From an uncultured virus (IMG/VR IMGVR_UViG_3300027914_001419) (taxonomy: Duplodnaviria; Heunggongvirae; Uroviricota; Caudoviricetes), in IMG/VR virus record IMGVR_UViG_3300027914_001419: a stretch of DNA of 64,000 bases; one strand, given 5' to 3'. The position numbers and the translations under genes are program-made. The notes beneath the pieces were generated by a model. That model made no database searches. It saw nothing but the letters and a program-made list of their open reading frames with translations, and was not told where the DNA came from. Position 1 is the stretch's first letter. Each line of letters begins with the position of its first letter. Shown piece by piece: positions 18,436 through 27,641 of the stretch.

Positions 18436-20015
18436 TGGCTGTGACAATCTACGACGCCTATGGCCGGCCGGTAAGGACTCAGGAGCTGACGCGCGAGATC
18501 GCCGCGCCGGCCCTGGCCGGGATACGCACTGTCTGGAACGAGACGGTAGCCAGCGGGCTCACCCCCGGCCGCCTGGCGGCCCTGCTGAAGAGCGCGGGCG
18601 ATGGCGACGCCCGCGGCTACCTGACCCTGGCGGAGGAGATGGAGGAACGCGATCCGCACTACGCCTGCGAGCTGGGCAAGCGCAAGCTGGCCGTTTCGCG
18701 GCTGCCGGTGACGGTGGAGGCCTTCTCCGACGATAAAAGGGACGTGGAGCTGGCGGACGCGGTGCGCTCCCTGGCGAGAAAGCCGGGATTCGGGGGGCTG
18801 GTAAAGGCGCTTCTGGACGGTCTCGGCAAGGGCTATTCCGTGGTGGAGATTATCTGGGACAGGAGCGGAAAGAAGTGGTTCCCGGCCCGCTACGAGTGGC
18901 GGGACCCGAGATTTTTCACCTTCGACCGGATCGGGCAAAGAGAGATCCGCCTGCTGGACGAGGCGGACGCCTTCGAAGGCCTGCCGCTCCAGCCCTACAA
19001 GTTCTGCGTCCACGTCCCTCTGCTCAAGACGGGCCTGCCCATCAGGGGCGGGCTGGCGCGCCTGGCGGCCTGGGCGTATCTGTTCAAGAACTACACCCTG
19101 AAGGACTGGGTGGCGTTCGCCGAGGTGTTCGGCATGCCCATGCGCGTGGGCAAGTACGGCGCTTCGGCCACCGAGGCCGAAATCAACATCCTGAAGACGG
19201 CGGTGGCCAACCTGGGGAGCGACGCGGCGGCGGTCATTCCCGAGAGCATGATCATCGACTTCGTGGAGGCGCAAAAGACCGGCTCCGTGCAGGTGTACAA
19301 GGACCTGGCGGAATATCTGGACAATCAGGTCAGCAAGGGGGTGCTGGGCCAGACCGCTTCCAGTTCCGGCACGCTGGGCAAGCTGGGCGACGAAAAGCTC
19401 CAGTCGGAGGTGCGGGACGACATCCGCGACGACGACGCGGGGCAACTGGCGCAGACCCTCAACCGCGACCTGGTGAAGCCGTTCATCGACCTGAACTTCG
19501 GGCCTCAGGAGAATTATCCGGAGCTGAGGCTCGCCGCGCCGGACGCGGAAGACGTGGCGGCGCTGGTGGACGCCCTGGACAAGCTGGTGCCCCTGGGGCT
19601 GAAGGTGGAGCAGAGCGTGATCCGCGACAAGCTGGGCCTGCCCGACCCGGATCCGAAGGCGGCGCCGGAAGAGCTGCTGGGGGCAATCCCCCCCGGCCCT
19701 CCTGTGGTAAAGGAAGGCGGGACGGCGGCCAACCGGGAGGAGACAGCGCTTACTACAGAGTTCACCCCGGAGCAGCAGGCGCTGGAAAACCTGGCCGAAA
19801 GGGCAATAAGCGCGGCAGCCCTGGCGCTTGCCGAGAACGAGCGCTTGATTGTTGAGGCGGTCATGGGTTCTTCATCCTTCGAGGAGGCCATGCAGAAGGT
19901 GATGGAGCTGTACCCTGCCATGAACATGGACCGGCTGGCGTCCATCCTGGAGGCGGCCCTCATCGGCGCGCAGGGATTCGGCAGATTCACGGCGGCGGAG
20001 GAATCCGGTGATTGA
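18432..20015 (+). CDS. Portal protein (Mu gp29, DUF935)
   Basis: LAEEMEERDPH, FAEVFGMPMRVGKY, SKGVLGQT. Confidence 0.93.
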   Translation: MMAVTIYDAYGRPVRTQELTREIAAPALAGIRTVWNETVASGLTPGRLAALLKSAGDGDARGYLTLAEEMEERDPHYACELGKRKLAVSRLPVTVEAFSDDKRDVELADAVRSLARKPGFGGLVKALLDGLGKGYSVVEIIWDRSGKKWFPARYEWRDPRFFTFDRIGQREIRLLDEADAFEGLPLQPYKFCVHVPLLKTGLPIRGGLARLAAWAYLFKNYTLKDWVAFAEVFGMPMRVGKYGASATEAEINILKTAVANLGSDAAAVIPESMIIDFVEAQKTGSVQVYKDLAEYLDNQVSKGVLGQTASSSGTLGKLGDEKLQSEVRDDIRDDDAGQLAQTLNRDLVKPFIDLNFGPQENYPELRLAAPDAEDVAALVDALDKLVPLGLKVEQSVIRDKLGLPDPDPKAAPEELLGAIPPGPPVVKEGGTAANREETALTTEFTPEQQALENLAERAISAAALALAENERLIVEAVMGSSSFEEAMQKVMELYPAMNMDRLASILEAALIGAQGFGRFTAAEESGD

Positions 20016-21294
20016 TTTATCCTTCGACCTCATTCCGGAGGAAGCGCTCGCCTTCTGGAAGAAGAAACTCAAGCTCTCCCCCGGCGAGTTCGACAAGCTG
20101 AAGCGGGAGGCAAAGCTCATGGCGTTCAGCGTCTCGGGCATCGCCAGGGGAGCAGAGCTGAATACTGTCTTCAATGCCATTACAAAAGCGTTTGAAGACG
20201 GCGTCAGCTTTGATGATTTCAAGAAGGAATGCGCCGGGATCTTCGAGCGCAGGGGATGGACGGGGAAAAGGGCCTGGAGGATCGACAACATCTTCCGCAC
20301 CAACATCCAGACCGCCTACAACGTGGGCAACTATCAGCAGATGATGCGGGTGAAGGAACGCCGCCCGTACTGGCGATACAGCGCGGTCAACGACAGCCGC
20401 ACCCGTCCGGCCCACCGGGCCGTGCACGGCAGGATCTTCCCGGCGGACCATCCCTTCTGGGACAAGTGGTTCCCTCCGAACGGGTTCCGGTGCAGATGTT
20501 CCGTGAACAGCGTATCGGACGCCGACCTGGAGTCGAACGGCTGGAAGGTCGAGAAAGAGGACCCCACCGGCGGGCTGTACGAACCTACCGACCCGAGAAC
20601 GGGCGTCAGGCTCCCCGGCCGCCTTCTCATGCCCGATCCGGGGTGGGATTTCCATGTGGGGAAAAACGCCCTGGGCGGATACGGAATCGAGGGTCCGCAA
20701 GGAGTGTTCAAGGACATGGACAACCTGAAGACCGCCGCGGACTACGGGAGAAGGTCACTCTCGAACATCCGGCCCGCGGATATCCCGAAGATGAAGGCCG
20801 CGCCTCTTCCCGCGAAAATGGGCGACGAATTTTACAAGAAAGAGTTTGAGAAGCTCTACGGCGAGAGCACCATGGTGGCCGACCCGATAAATGACCCGGT
20901 CATGATATCGCGCCGCTCGTTCCAGGTATTCAAGGAAGCGGGGCAGCCCGAGGTATGGAAGTTCGAGAAGCTGGGCCACGGCGAGAGCATCCCGCTTTTG
21001 AAAGAGATGATCCTGGAGCCGTTCGAGATCTGGCTCACCCCCCAGGTCAACGAGGCGGGGCGGGTACGCCTGGCGAAAAGGTATGTCGCTCTCTGGAAGG
21101 ATGAGGAGAAAAACAGGATCGGCGGTCTTGCCGTGTTCGAGGTGGAGGGCGGAGTGTTGCGGGGGGTGACTTCGTTCCTGCCGGGAAAAGGCGGGGAATC
21201 GGACATCGCGTATGTGAACAAACAGAGAAAGGGTGTTCTGCTCTATAAACGGGGACAAGGCCGGAACGACCCACGGACCGGCGCGGCCGGATAG
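20008..21294 (+). CDS. MuF (gp30) minor head protein with a C-terminal PBECR-like nuclease-fold extension
   Basis: IFRTNIQTAY, YSAVNDSRTRPAH, FPPNGFRCRC, then about 200 extra aa ending EPFEIWL...KRYV...GVTSF...KQRKGVLLYKR. Confidence 0.85.
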   Translation: MIDLSFDLIPEEALAFWKKKLKLSPGEFDKLKREAKLMAFSVSGIARGAELNTVFNAITKAFEDGVSFDDFKKECAGIFERRGWTGKRAWRIDNIFRTNIQTAYNVGNYQQMMRVKERRPYWRYSAVNDSRTRPAHRAVHGRIFPADHPFWDKWFPPNGFRCRCSVNSVSDADLESNGWKVEKEDPTGGLYEPTDPRTGVRLPGRLLMPDPGWDFHVGKNALGGYGIEGPQGVFKDMDNLKTAADYGRRSLSNIRPADIPKMKAAPLPAKMGDEFYKKEFEKLYGESTMVADPINDPVMISRRSFQVFKEAGQPEVWKFEKLGHGESIPLLKEMILEPFEIWLTPQVNEAGRVRLAKRYVALWKDEEKNRIGGLAVFEVEGGVLRGVTSFLPGKGGESDIAYVNKQRKGVLLYKRGQGRNDPRTGAAG

Positions 21295-21471
21295 TTAGGC
21301 GGAGTGGGTCTCCCCTTTTCCGGACGCTCCCGCAANNNNNNNNNNNNNNNNNNNNNNNNNNNNNNNNNNNNNNNNNNNNNNNNNNNNNNNNNNNNNNNNN
21401 NNNNNNNNTCCCCTTTTCCGGACGCTCCCGCAATCAGGATCACACAATACCATAAACGCGAGGAAACGCAA

Positions 21472-21966
21472 ATGGCGGACACATTAACCATCACCGTTGA
21501 CGATCAGGCGGTCAAGGAGCGGCTCGAACGCCTCCTGTCCAGGGCGAGGGACATGACTCCGGTCATGGCGGAAATCGGGGAGATTGTCAAGCTCTCGGTC
21601 AAGCGCAACTTCGAGGAACAGGGCAGGCCCTCGAAATGGGAGCCCTCCAGGCGTGTTCTCTTGGGCGGCGGACAGACCCTGTCCGACACCGGACAGCTGA
21701 GAGACTCCATCACGGCCAGGGCCGAGCGGAGCCGGGTCACCGTCGGAACGAATGTCAAGTATGCGAGGATACTCCACCTGGGCGGCAAGACGCGGCCTCA
21801 CGATATCGTCCCGAAAAAGGCAAAGGCGCTTTCAATACCCGGCATCGGGTTCCGCAAGCGGGTGAGGCATCCGGGGAGCCTTGTCCCGGCGAGGCCGTTT
21901 CTCATGGTCCAGGATGCGGACATAAAGTCGATCGTCAGAACCCTGGAAGACCATCTTGCCGGGTAA
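21472..21966 (+). CDS. Mu gpG-like virion morphogenesis protein
   Basis: LSDTGQLRDSI, VGTNVKYARILHLGG, PARPFL. Confidence 0.9.
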   Translation: MADTLTITVDDQAVKERLERLLSRARDMTPVMAEIGEIVKLSVKRNFEEQGRPSKWEPSRRVLLGGGQTLSDTGQLRDSITARAERSRVTVGTNVKYARILHLGGKTRPHDIVPKKAKALSIPGIGFRKRVRHPGSLVPARPFLMVQDADIKSIVRTLEDHLAG

Positions 21967-22110
21967 AAACCGCAAAACGCCGGATTCGCCTTCTGAGGCG
22001 TTTTGATTCGCGGGGCCGGGCAAGTGTACCCCTTCGCGATTCCAGGCCAGCACGCGCAAATTTAAAGACGGTTTAAAGATGGTTCCGGATGAGGGCATGT
22101 CCGGTGGAAG

Positions 22111-22177
22111 CCGTGTCCGTTGTCCGTGTCCGTGTCCGTAACGGCGGAGGGCGGGTTTTAACGGACACGGACAACGG
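22111..22177. repeat. Palindromic element, CCGTGTCCGT...ACGGACACGG family
   Basis: Inverted arms of (T)GTCCGT units; related copies at 15744-15819, 25276-25301 and 26150-26222. Confidence 0.85.
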
Positions 22178-22178
22178 G

Positions 22179-22225
22179 TTTTATAAAACCCTTTACTATT
22201 CAAACTACTGATATTGCTTCAGAAT
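22179..22225 (+). promoter_or_regulatory. Putative Mor/C-activated late promoter (PI-like)
   Basis: TTTTATAAAACCCTTTACTATTCAAAC matches the motif at 14492. Confidence 0.6.
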
Positions 22226-22248
22226 CCGCCGAAAGACAGGAGGAAGGG

Positions 22249-23241
22249 GTGAAAACAAGCGCCATCGACACAGCCGCCGGCCGCGCGGCTCTCAATTTCG
22301 AGCTGGCCCAGGACACAGCGCCGCCGGAGTGGATCGGCATCCTGCCGCCGGGCGGGACCATCACCGGCCGCGACGGCCGCCAGTGGGTGAACGACCGGCC
22401 CGATATAATCCTCCAGGCGTTCGCCGTGGACGGCAAGGACATCCCCATCGACTGGGAGCACGCGACCGAACTGAAGGCCCCCGGCGGAGAACCGGCGCCA
22501 GCCGCAGGCTGGATCAAGGAGCTGAGGGCGGGAGAAGACGGCGCAATCGAGGGACGGGTGGAATGGACGCCCAGGGGCCTCGAGTCCGTCCTGAACAGGG
22601 AATACCGCTATCTGTCGCCAGTGTTCCGCTACGAGCTGGAGACGCGCCGCATCTTCCGCATCACGTCTTGCGGCCTCACGAACCAGCCCAATCTGCATCT
22701 CAACGCGCTCAATCACGAGCAAGACGGAAAGGAGACCACAATGGAACTCGCGAAACTGCTGGCGGAGCTGGGGCTTCCGGCCACCGCCACCTTCCTGGAC
22801 GCCCTGAACCGCATCGGCGCCATGAAGGCCGAGCACGCCACGGCCCTCAACCAGGCCCAGAACCCGCCCCTGGACAGGTTCGTCCCCAGGGGGGACTACG
22901 ACACCGCCCTGAACCGCGCAACCACGGCCGAGACCGAGCTGAAGCGGATCAGGGACGAGCAGCTGGAGACCGCCATCAACGCCGAGATCGGCCAGGCGCT
23001 GAAAGACGGCAAGATCACACCGGCGACGAAGGAATACCACGTCGCTCAGTGCCGGATGGAAGGCGGCCTGGAACGCTTCAAGGAATTCGCCAAGGCGGCC
23101 CCGGTCATCGGCGGCGCCAGCGGCCTGGACGGCAGGCGGGCGGATGAAGGAGGCGCGGCCCTGAACGCCGAGGAGTTGAAGGTTGTAGACATGATGGGGC
23201 TGAGCCTGGACGATTACAAGAAAGCCAACAACATCGGGTAA
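22249..23241 (+). CDS. Mu gpI-like prohead protease with a nested scaffold start at 22741
   Basis: IPIDWEHAT, PAAGWI, EYRYLSPVF, LTNQPNL; internal AAGGAG followed by in-frame ATG 22741, as for Mu I/Z. Confidence 0.92.
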   Translation: MKTSAIDTAAGRAALNFELAQDTAPPEWIGILPPGGTITGRDGRQWVNDRPDIILQAFAVDGKDIPIDWEHATELKAPGGEPAPAAGWIKELRAGEDGAIEGRVEWTPRGLESVLNREYRYLSPVFRYELETRRIFRITSCGLTNQPNLHLNALNHEQDGKETTMELAKLLAELGLPATATFLDALNRIGAMKAEHATALNQAQNPPLDRFVPRGDYDTALNRATTAETELKRIRDEQLETAINAEIGQALKDGKITPATKEYHVAQCRMEGGLERFKEFAKAAPVIGGASGLDGRRADEGGAALNAEELKVVDMMGLSLDDYKKANNIG

Positions 23242-23270
23242 CGCACAACAGCATGAAAGGAGCGTAAAAA

Positions 23271-23672
23271 ATGGCGCTTACAGCCGACCGTACAACCCCC
23301 CGCCGCAGCGGCGACGTGATAGAACTCCCGGCCGCGGCCTCGAAAAAATTCTTTGCCGGGGCGCTCGTGGCCGTTGACGCTGACGGCAACGCCACTCCCG
23401 GCGCAACGGCGACGACCATCCTGGGCGTTGGCCGCTGCCGCGAGCAGGTGGACAACTCCGGCGGCGGCGCCGGAGCCGTGACCGTGCCGATCGAAAAGGG
23501 GATATTCCGCTTCGCGAACTCTACGGGCGACCCGGTCACCAGGGCCGACATCGGCAAGGAATGCTACATCGTGGACGATCAGACCGTATCCCACACCGAC
23601 ACCAACCAATCGGCGGCGGGCAGGGTTTTTGACGTTGACGCGCACGGCGTATGGGTGGATCTGAGAGGTTAA
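23271..23672 (+). CDS. Head decoration/cement-like protein
   Basis: MALTADRTTP...DIGKECYIVDDQTV...GVWV; between protease and major head genes. Confidence 0.75.
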   Translation: MALTADRTTPRRSGDVIELPAAASKKFFAGALVAVDADGNATPGATATTILGVGRCREQVDNSGGGAGAVTVPIEKGIFRFANSTGDPVTRADIGKECYIVDDQTVSHTDTNQSAAGRVFDVDAHGVWVDLRG

Positions 23673-23703
23673 AACAGAGAGCTAGCATAAAAGGAGCGTT
23701 CAT

Positions 23704-24594
23704 ATGGATATCAACAGCACCAATCTTCAGGCCCTGTACAGGGCGTTCAACACCGCGTTCCAGAGCGGGTTCACCGGAGTTCCGGCGCTCTGGCCCAAGA
23801 TAGCGACACTGGTTCCGTCCAGCGCCGCCCAGGAGGATTACGGCTGGCTGGGCGATGTGCCCGCCATGCGCGAATGGATCGGGGACCGCGTTATCAACTC
23901 CATCAAGCAGCACGGTTACGCCATCAAGAACAAGTCGTTCGAGCTGACTCAGGGGGTAGACCGCGACAAGGTCGAAACTGACCAGGTGGGAATCTACAGC
24001 CCGCTTTTTCAGATGATGGGAGACTCGGCCGCGAAACATCCCGACGAGCTTATCTTCGCGCTTCTGGCCGCCGGCTTCGCCACCAATTGCTACGACGGGC
24101 AGTATTTTTTCGACACGGATCACCCTGTTTTGGTGGATGGGGAGACGGTCAGCGTCTCCAACATGCAGGCAGGCAGCGGCGCTCCCTGGTATCTGCTGGA
24201 CACCAGCCGCCCGTTGCGCCCGCTCATTTATCAACAGAGGAAAAAGCCGAAGTTCGTGGCCATGGACGCTGAGAATGACCAGAACGTTTTCATGCGCAAA
24301 GAGTACCTTTACGGCATAGATTGCAGCGACAACGCCGGGTTCGGCTTCTGGCAGATGGCGTTCGGGAGCAAGAGCGAACTGGATGCGGCCAATTTCGAGG
24401 CGGCCTACGACGGCATGATGGCTCTCAAGAAAGATAACGGCCAACCCCTTGGCATCAAGCCGACACTGATGGTCGTGGGCGCGACCAACGCCAGCGCGGG
24501 CCGGAAGATCACCGAGGCGCAGCTCATCAACGGCGGCGAGAGCAACACCAATTTCAAGCGGGTCGAACTGCTGGAGTGCCCGTACCTGCCGTGA
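23704..24594 (+). CDS. Major head protein (Mu gpT-like)
   Basis: YGWLG..P.MREWIGDR, CYDGQYFFDTDHP, GFGFWQMAFGS. Confidence 0.95.
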   Translation: MDINSTNLQALYRAFNTAFQSGFTGVPALWPKIATLVPSSAAQEDYGWLGDVPAMREWIGDRVINSIKQHGYAIKNKSFELTQGVDRDKVETDQVGIYSPLFQMMGDSAAKHPDELIFALLAAGFATNCYDGQYFFDTDHPVLVDGETVSVSNMQAGSGAPWYLLDTSRPLRPLIYQQRKKPKFVAMDAENDQNVFMRKEYLYGIDCSDNAGFGFWQMAFGSKSELDAANFEAAYDGMMALKKDNGQPLGIKPTLMVVGATNASAGRKITEAQLINGGESNTNFKRVELLECPYLP

Positions 24595-24634
24595 TTATTC
24601 GGCCGTGCGTTCAAGATGGCAGTACCGAATCAAC

Positions 24635-24657
24635 GTAGGGGCGGACGGCGTCCGCCC
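24635..24657 (+). repeat. GTAG-type REP-like palindrome
   Basis: GTAG-GGGCGGACG-G-CGTCCGCCC. Confidence 0.65.
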
Positions 24658-24688
24658 AAAAGTTGAAAGCACAGGCCAAGGAGGAACC

Positions 24689-25099
24689 ATGAAGAATCTA
24701 TTACTGCTGCTCAGTGTGGCCGTTATCATCTCCACCGCGTTTGTCGCGTATGCCGTCCCCGCCGGGAAACTGGTGGTGGACCCCAACGGAAACGCGATTC
24801 AGGAATTCTCTCCGTATCCGCCCGCTTCGGCGTGTACTACCACGACCACCACCAATGGGACTATCGCAACCGTCAATGTCGCCGGTTACAGCAAGCTCTG
24901 CTGGGAGGCAACCGACGCGGATAACAAGGCCGTGCGCGTCAAGCGCCATCTGGGCGCTAACACGGCCTTCATGCCGGGTACCGGCGGTTGCATCGGGCTC
25001 AACAAAGATATGAACACCGTGGCGTTCAAGTCCTATTCCGGGGCGGCGGCTGCGTACACAGTCTGCACGGAACTCCAAAGGGGAGGAAAGACGCCGTGA
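24689..25099 (+). CDS. Secreted/exported protein inserted in the head-tail region
   Basis: Signal peptide MKNLLLLLSVAVIISTAFVAYA, four Cys, AAGGAGG RBS. Confidence 0.7.
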   Translation: MKNLLLLLSVAVIISTAFVAYAVPAGKLVVDPNGNAIQEFSPYPPASACTTTTTTNGTIATVNVAGYSKLCWEATDADNKAVRVKRHLGANTAFMPGTGGCIGLNKDMNTVAFKSYSGAAAAYTVCTELQRGGKTP

Positions 25100-25296
25100 T
25101 ACGGATCAAATCGAAGATGGACGGCTTCCGCCGCTGCGGAATCAGCCACCCGGCGGCGGAAGCCTGCTACCCGGACGGGCGGTTCAGCAAAGAGGAGCTG
25201 GAGACGCTGAAGGCCGAGCCGATGCTGATGGTGGAGGAGATAGCGGAAGAGCCGGTCAAGGGCAAGGGCAGGAAAACGGACACGGATAACGGGTAA
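25096..25296 (+). CDS. HI1506-like small Mu protein
   Basis: IRIKSKMDGFRRCGISH...LKAEPMLMV. Confidence 0.8.
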   Translation: MIRIKSKMDGFRRCGISHPAAEACYPDGRFSKEELETLKAEPMLMVEEIAEEPVKGKGRKTDTDNG

Positions 25297-25301
25297 CGGA
25301 C

Positions 25302-25730
25302 ATGGCCTACTGCACACTGACGGATATCACGAAGCAACTTCCGGAGGCGGTTATCGCGAGCCTTACCGACGACGCCCTTACCGGCTCAATCGATGACACC
25401 GTGGTAGCCGAGGCCGTCGCCGACGCGGACGCGGAGATAGACGCCTGGGTGGCCGGCCGGTACAAGACCCCCTTTTCCCCGGTTCCGGACGTGATCCGCA
25501 AGGTCTCCGCCGATATCTCCATCTACAACCTCTTTTCCCGGCGGGACACCGACCCCCCGGAGGTGCGGAAAGACAGATACAAGGCCGCGATAAAGCTCCT
25601 GGAGAACATCGCGAAAGGGCTGGTCACCATCGGCGCGGCTCAGGCGGAGGCCGCGCCCGCGGCCGTTTCCTCCGCCGGATTCACGGTGCCGGGCAGGATC
25701 TTCACCAGGGAAACGCTGGAGGGGTTCTGA
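25302..25730 (+). CDS. Mu gp36-like head-tail connector (DUF1320)
   Basis: MAYCT..DI...ADADAEIDAWVAGRY..P...RYKAAIKLLENIAKG. Confidence 0.88.
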   Translation: MAYCTLTDITKQLPEAVIASLTDDALTGSIDDTVVAEAVADADAEIDAWVAGRYKTPFSPVPDVIRKVSADISIYNLFSRRDTDPPEVRKDRYKAAIKLLENIAKGLVTIGAAQAEAAPAAVSSAGFTVPGRIFTRETLEGF

Positions 25731-26146
25731 TGTACGCCCACGAGATCGTCAATCACATTACAGACCGCTTGAAGACGTATATAACCGGCCTTGAAATCGC
25801 CTGCTTCCCGGACAAGCCGGGGGATTACCGCCTCCGGCATCCGCGCGGGGCGCTTCTGGTCCATTATGCGGGAAGCGAGGTGGACAAAGGGCGTCATCCG
25901 AGAATCGCCATTCGGGCCGTTGCGCGCTTCGAGAGCGACGCGCTCCTAATCCTGGAGGCGGCGCGGCTGATCCTCAACGGCTGGCAGATACCGGGCCTCT
26001 CCCGGTTCGAGTACGCGGGAGACGAGTTCGTGGAGGAGAAACAGGGAATATGGGAATACGACATCCTGTTCACCACCGCCAGCCCGGCCGCGCCGGTGAG
26101 CGAGGACAGATTGAAGGAAAAATTGGAGGAATTGGGGATAGCGTAG
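25730..26146 (+). CDS. Mu gp37-like tail terminator
   Basis: FPDKPGDYRLRHPRGALLVHYAGS...GIWEY. Confidence 0.8.
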   Translation: MYAHEIVNHITDRLKTYITGLEIACFPDKPGDYRLRHPRGALLVHYAGSEVDKGRHPRIAIRAVARFESDALLILEAARLILNGWQIPGLSRFEYAGDEFVEEKQGIWEYDILFTTASPAAPVSEDRLKEKLEELGIA

Positions 26147-26149
26147 AAC

Positions 26150-26222
26150 CCGTTGTCCGTGTCCGTTGTCCGTGCCCGTAAAGGTGGGTTTCGGGTTTGA
26201 CGGACACGGGCACGGATAACGG
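26150..26222. repeat. Palindromic element, CCGTGTCCGT...ACGGACACGG family
   Basis: Arms CGTTGTCCGTGTCCGT / ACGGACACGGGCACGGATAACG; loop AAAGGTGGGTTTCGGGTTTG. Confidence 0.85.
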
Positions 26223-26240
26223 CTTTTAAAGGAGGCACAC

Positions 26241-27035
26241 ATGACAGCACAGAATCTAGTTGAATCGAAATACTACTCCGGGCAGGGGGCGCTGCTCATC
26301 GCGGAGCGTGACGCCACCACCGGAAAGCCCAAGGGTTACAGCCATGTGGGCAACGTCCCGGACCTGAAGATCTCCATCTCCGTGTCCGTGACTGAACACA
26401 AGGAGTCCACCACCGGACAGAGGGCCGTGGACAAGCGGATCACCACCGAGACCAAGGTCAACGTCAGCGCCACTCTGGAATCCCTTAACAAGGAGAACCT
26501 GGCCAAGGCATTGCGCGGCACGGCCGCCGCCGTGGTTGCCGGTAGCGCCGTCGATGAGCCCGTTACCGCCTACCTTGGCAAGACCTCGGCGCTGGCTCAC
26601 GTCAAGGTGTCCACCGTTGTGGTCAAGTCCACGGACGAAACGCCGGTAACGTATGAAGCGGGCAAAAACTACACCGTCAACCCCGAGGCAGGTTCCATCA
26701 ACATTCTGACAACCGCCGAACAAACCGCGGCCGGCGCGGCGGTAAATATCGAAGACGCGGAAGAACTGGAGGTCAGCTATTCCTACGCAGCGCAAGAGAC
26801 GGTGGAGGCCATGACCGAAGCGGCCAAGGATTACTGCCTACGTTTCGAGGGGATGAACACCACGGAAGACAACAAGGCGGTGGTGGTCGAGATATTCAAG
26901 TTCAGCTCCGACCCGCTCAAGGAGTTGTCCCTCATCGGCGACGGCATTGGACAGATGACACTGGAAGGCTCGGCCCAGGCGGACTTGACCCGTCTTACCG
27001 GCAGCAAGTATTTCCGGGAAATCCTGGAGGCGTAA
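26241..27035 (+). CDS. Major tail tube protein (non-contractile tail)
   Basis: YYSGQG...VGNVPDL...EHKES.TGQR...LRFEGMNT; no sheath gene nearby. Confidence 0.85.
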   Translation: MTAQNLVESKYYSGQGALLIAERDATTGKPKGYSHVGNVPDLKISISVSVTEHKESTTGQRAVDKRITTETKVNVSATLESLNKENLAKALRGTAAAVVAGSAVDEPVTAYLGKTSALAHVKVSTVVVKSTDETPVTYEAGKNYTVNPEAGSINILTTAEQTAAGAAVNIEDAEELEVSYSYAAQETVEAMTEAAKDYCLRFEGMNTTEDNKAVVVEIFKFSSDPLKELSLIGDGIGQMTLEGSAQADLTRLTGSKYFREILEA

Positions 27036-27040
27036 GCGCC

Positions 27041-27091
27041 AGGGTTCGAGGGTTCAAGTGGAACCCCCGACCCCTCGAACCCTCGACCCCT
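27041..27091. repeat. Palindromic element, GGGTTCGAGG...CCTCGAACCC family
   Basis: AGGGTTCGAGGG pairs with CCCTCGAACCCT; short tandem units in the arms. Confidence 0.7.
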
Positions 27092-27104
27092 ATTGGAGGC
27101 ATAA

Positions 27105-27503
27105 ATGCGCAAGCACGAAGTAATCGAAATCGACGGCAGAAAGATCACCGTCTCGGAACTGAAGGTAAAAGACCTCCTGTCCCTCATCCGGGGAGAGGAC
27201 GGCAGGCTCGGGGCGGTGACCGTGACGGATGTGATCCGCAAGGCCACGGAGGTTCTGCCCCTGGCGGTGGATTGCCCGCTGGAGGAGCTGCAAGAGCTGG
27301 CCCCCTCGGAACTGGAAGCCGTGTGGGAGGCGTTCCGGAGGGTGAACGCGGTTTTTTTCGGCCTGGCGGGGACGTTCGGAGTCAAGGGAGTCCTCGAAGA
27401 CCTGAGAAATTCAGCCATGCGGACCTTCTCGACGCTCTATTTCTCCTCATTGAGCGCGGCCACGGCCAGGCCGCCGGAGAATACGGATACAGCCACTTCA
27501 TAG
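27105..27503 (+). CDS. Tail assembly chaperone (G); probable -1 frameshift extension (GT) to 27619
   Basis: Between tube and tape measure. The -1 frame encodes LIERGHGQAAGEYGYSHF; candidate slippery T-TTT-TTC at 27353-27359. Confidence 0.75.
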   Translation: MRKHEVIEIDGRKITVSELKVKDLLSLIRGEDGRLGAVTVTDVIRKATEVLPLAVDCPLEELQELAPSELEAVWEAFRRVNAVFFGLAGTFGVKGVLEDLRNSAMRTFSTLYFSSLSAATARPPENTDTATS

Positions 27504-27641
27504 CGGCCTTGCAGGCGGTTTACCGGCACGATGGAGAGGCGATGAGGCGAGGCGCGATAGCGGCCCGCATGGGATATCACGCGGACGCGAAGGAGTTCGA
27601 GCAGTGGATGAACAAGTGAGAGTGGTGTTTTAGGCCGGAGG

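Noticed and set aside
21310..21433. Direct repeat TCCCCTTTTCCGGACGCTCCCGCAA on both sides of an N run
   Set aside because: Identical sequence flanking a scaffold gap is most simply an unmerged contig overlap; I cannot support it as a biological repeat or CRISPR.
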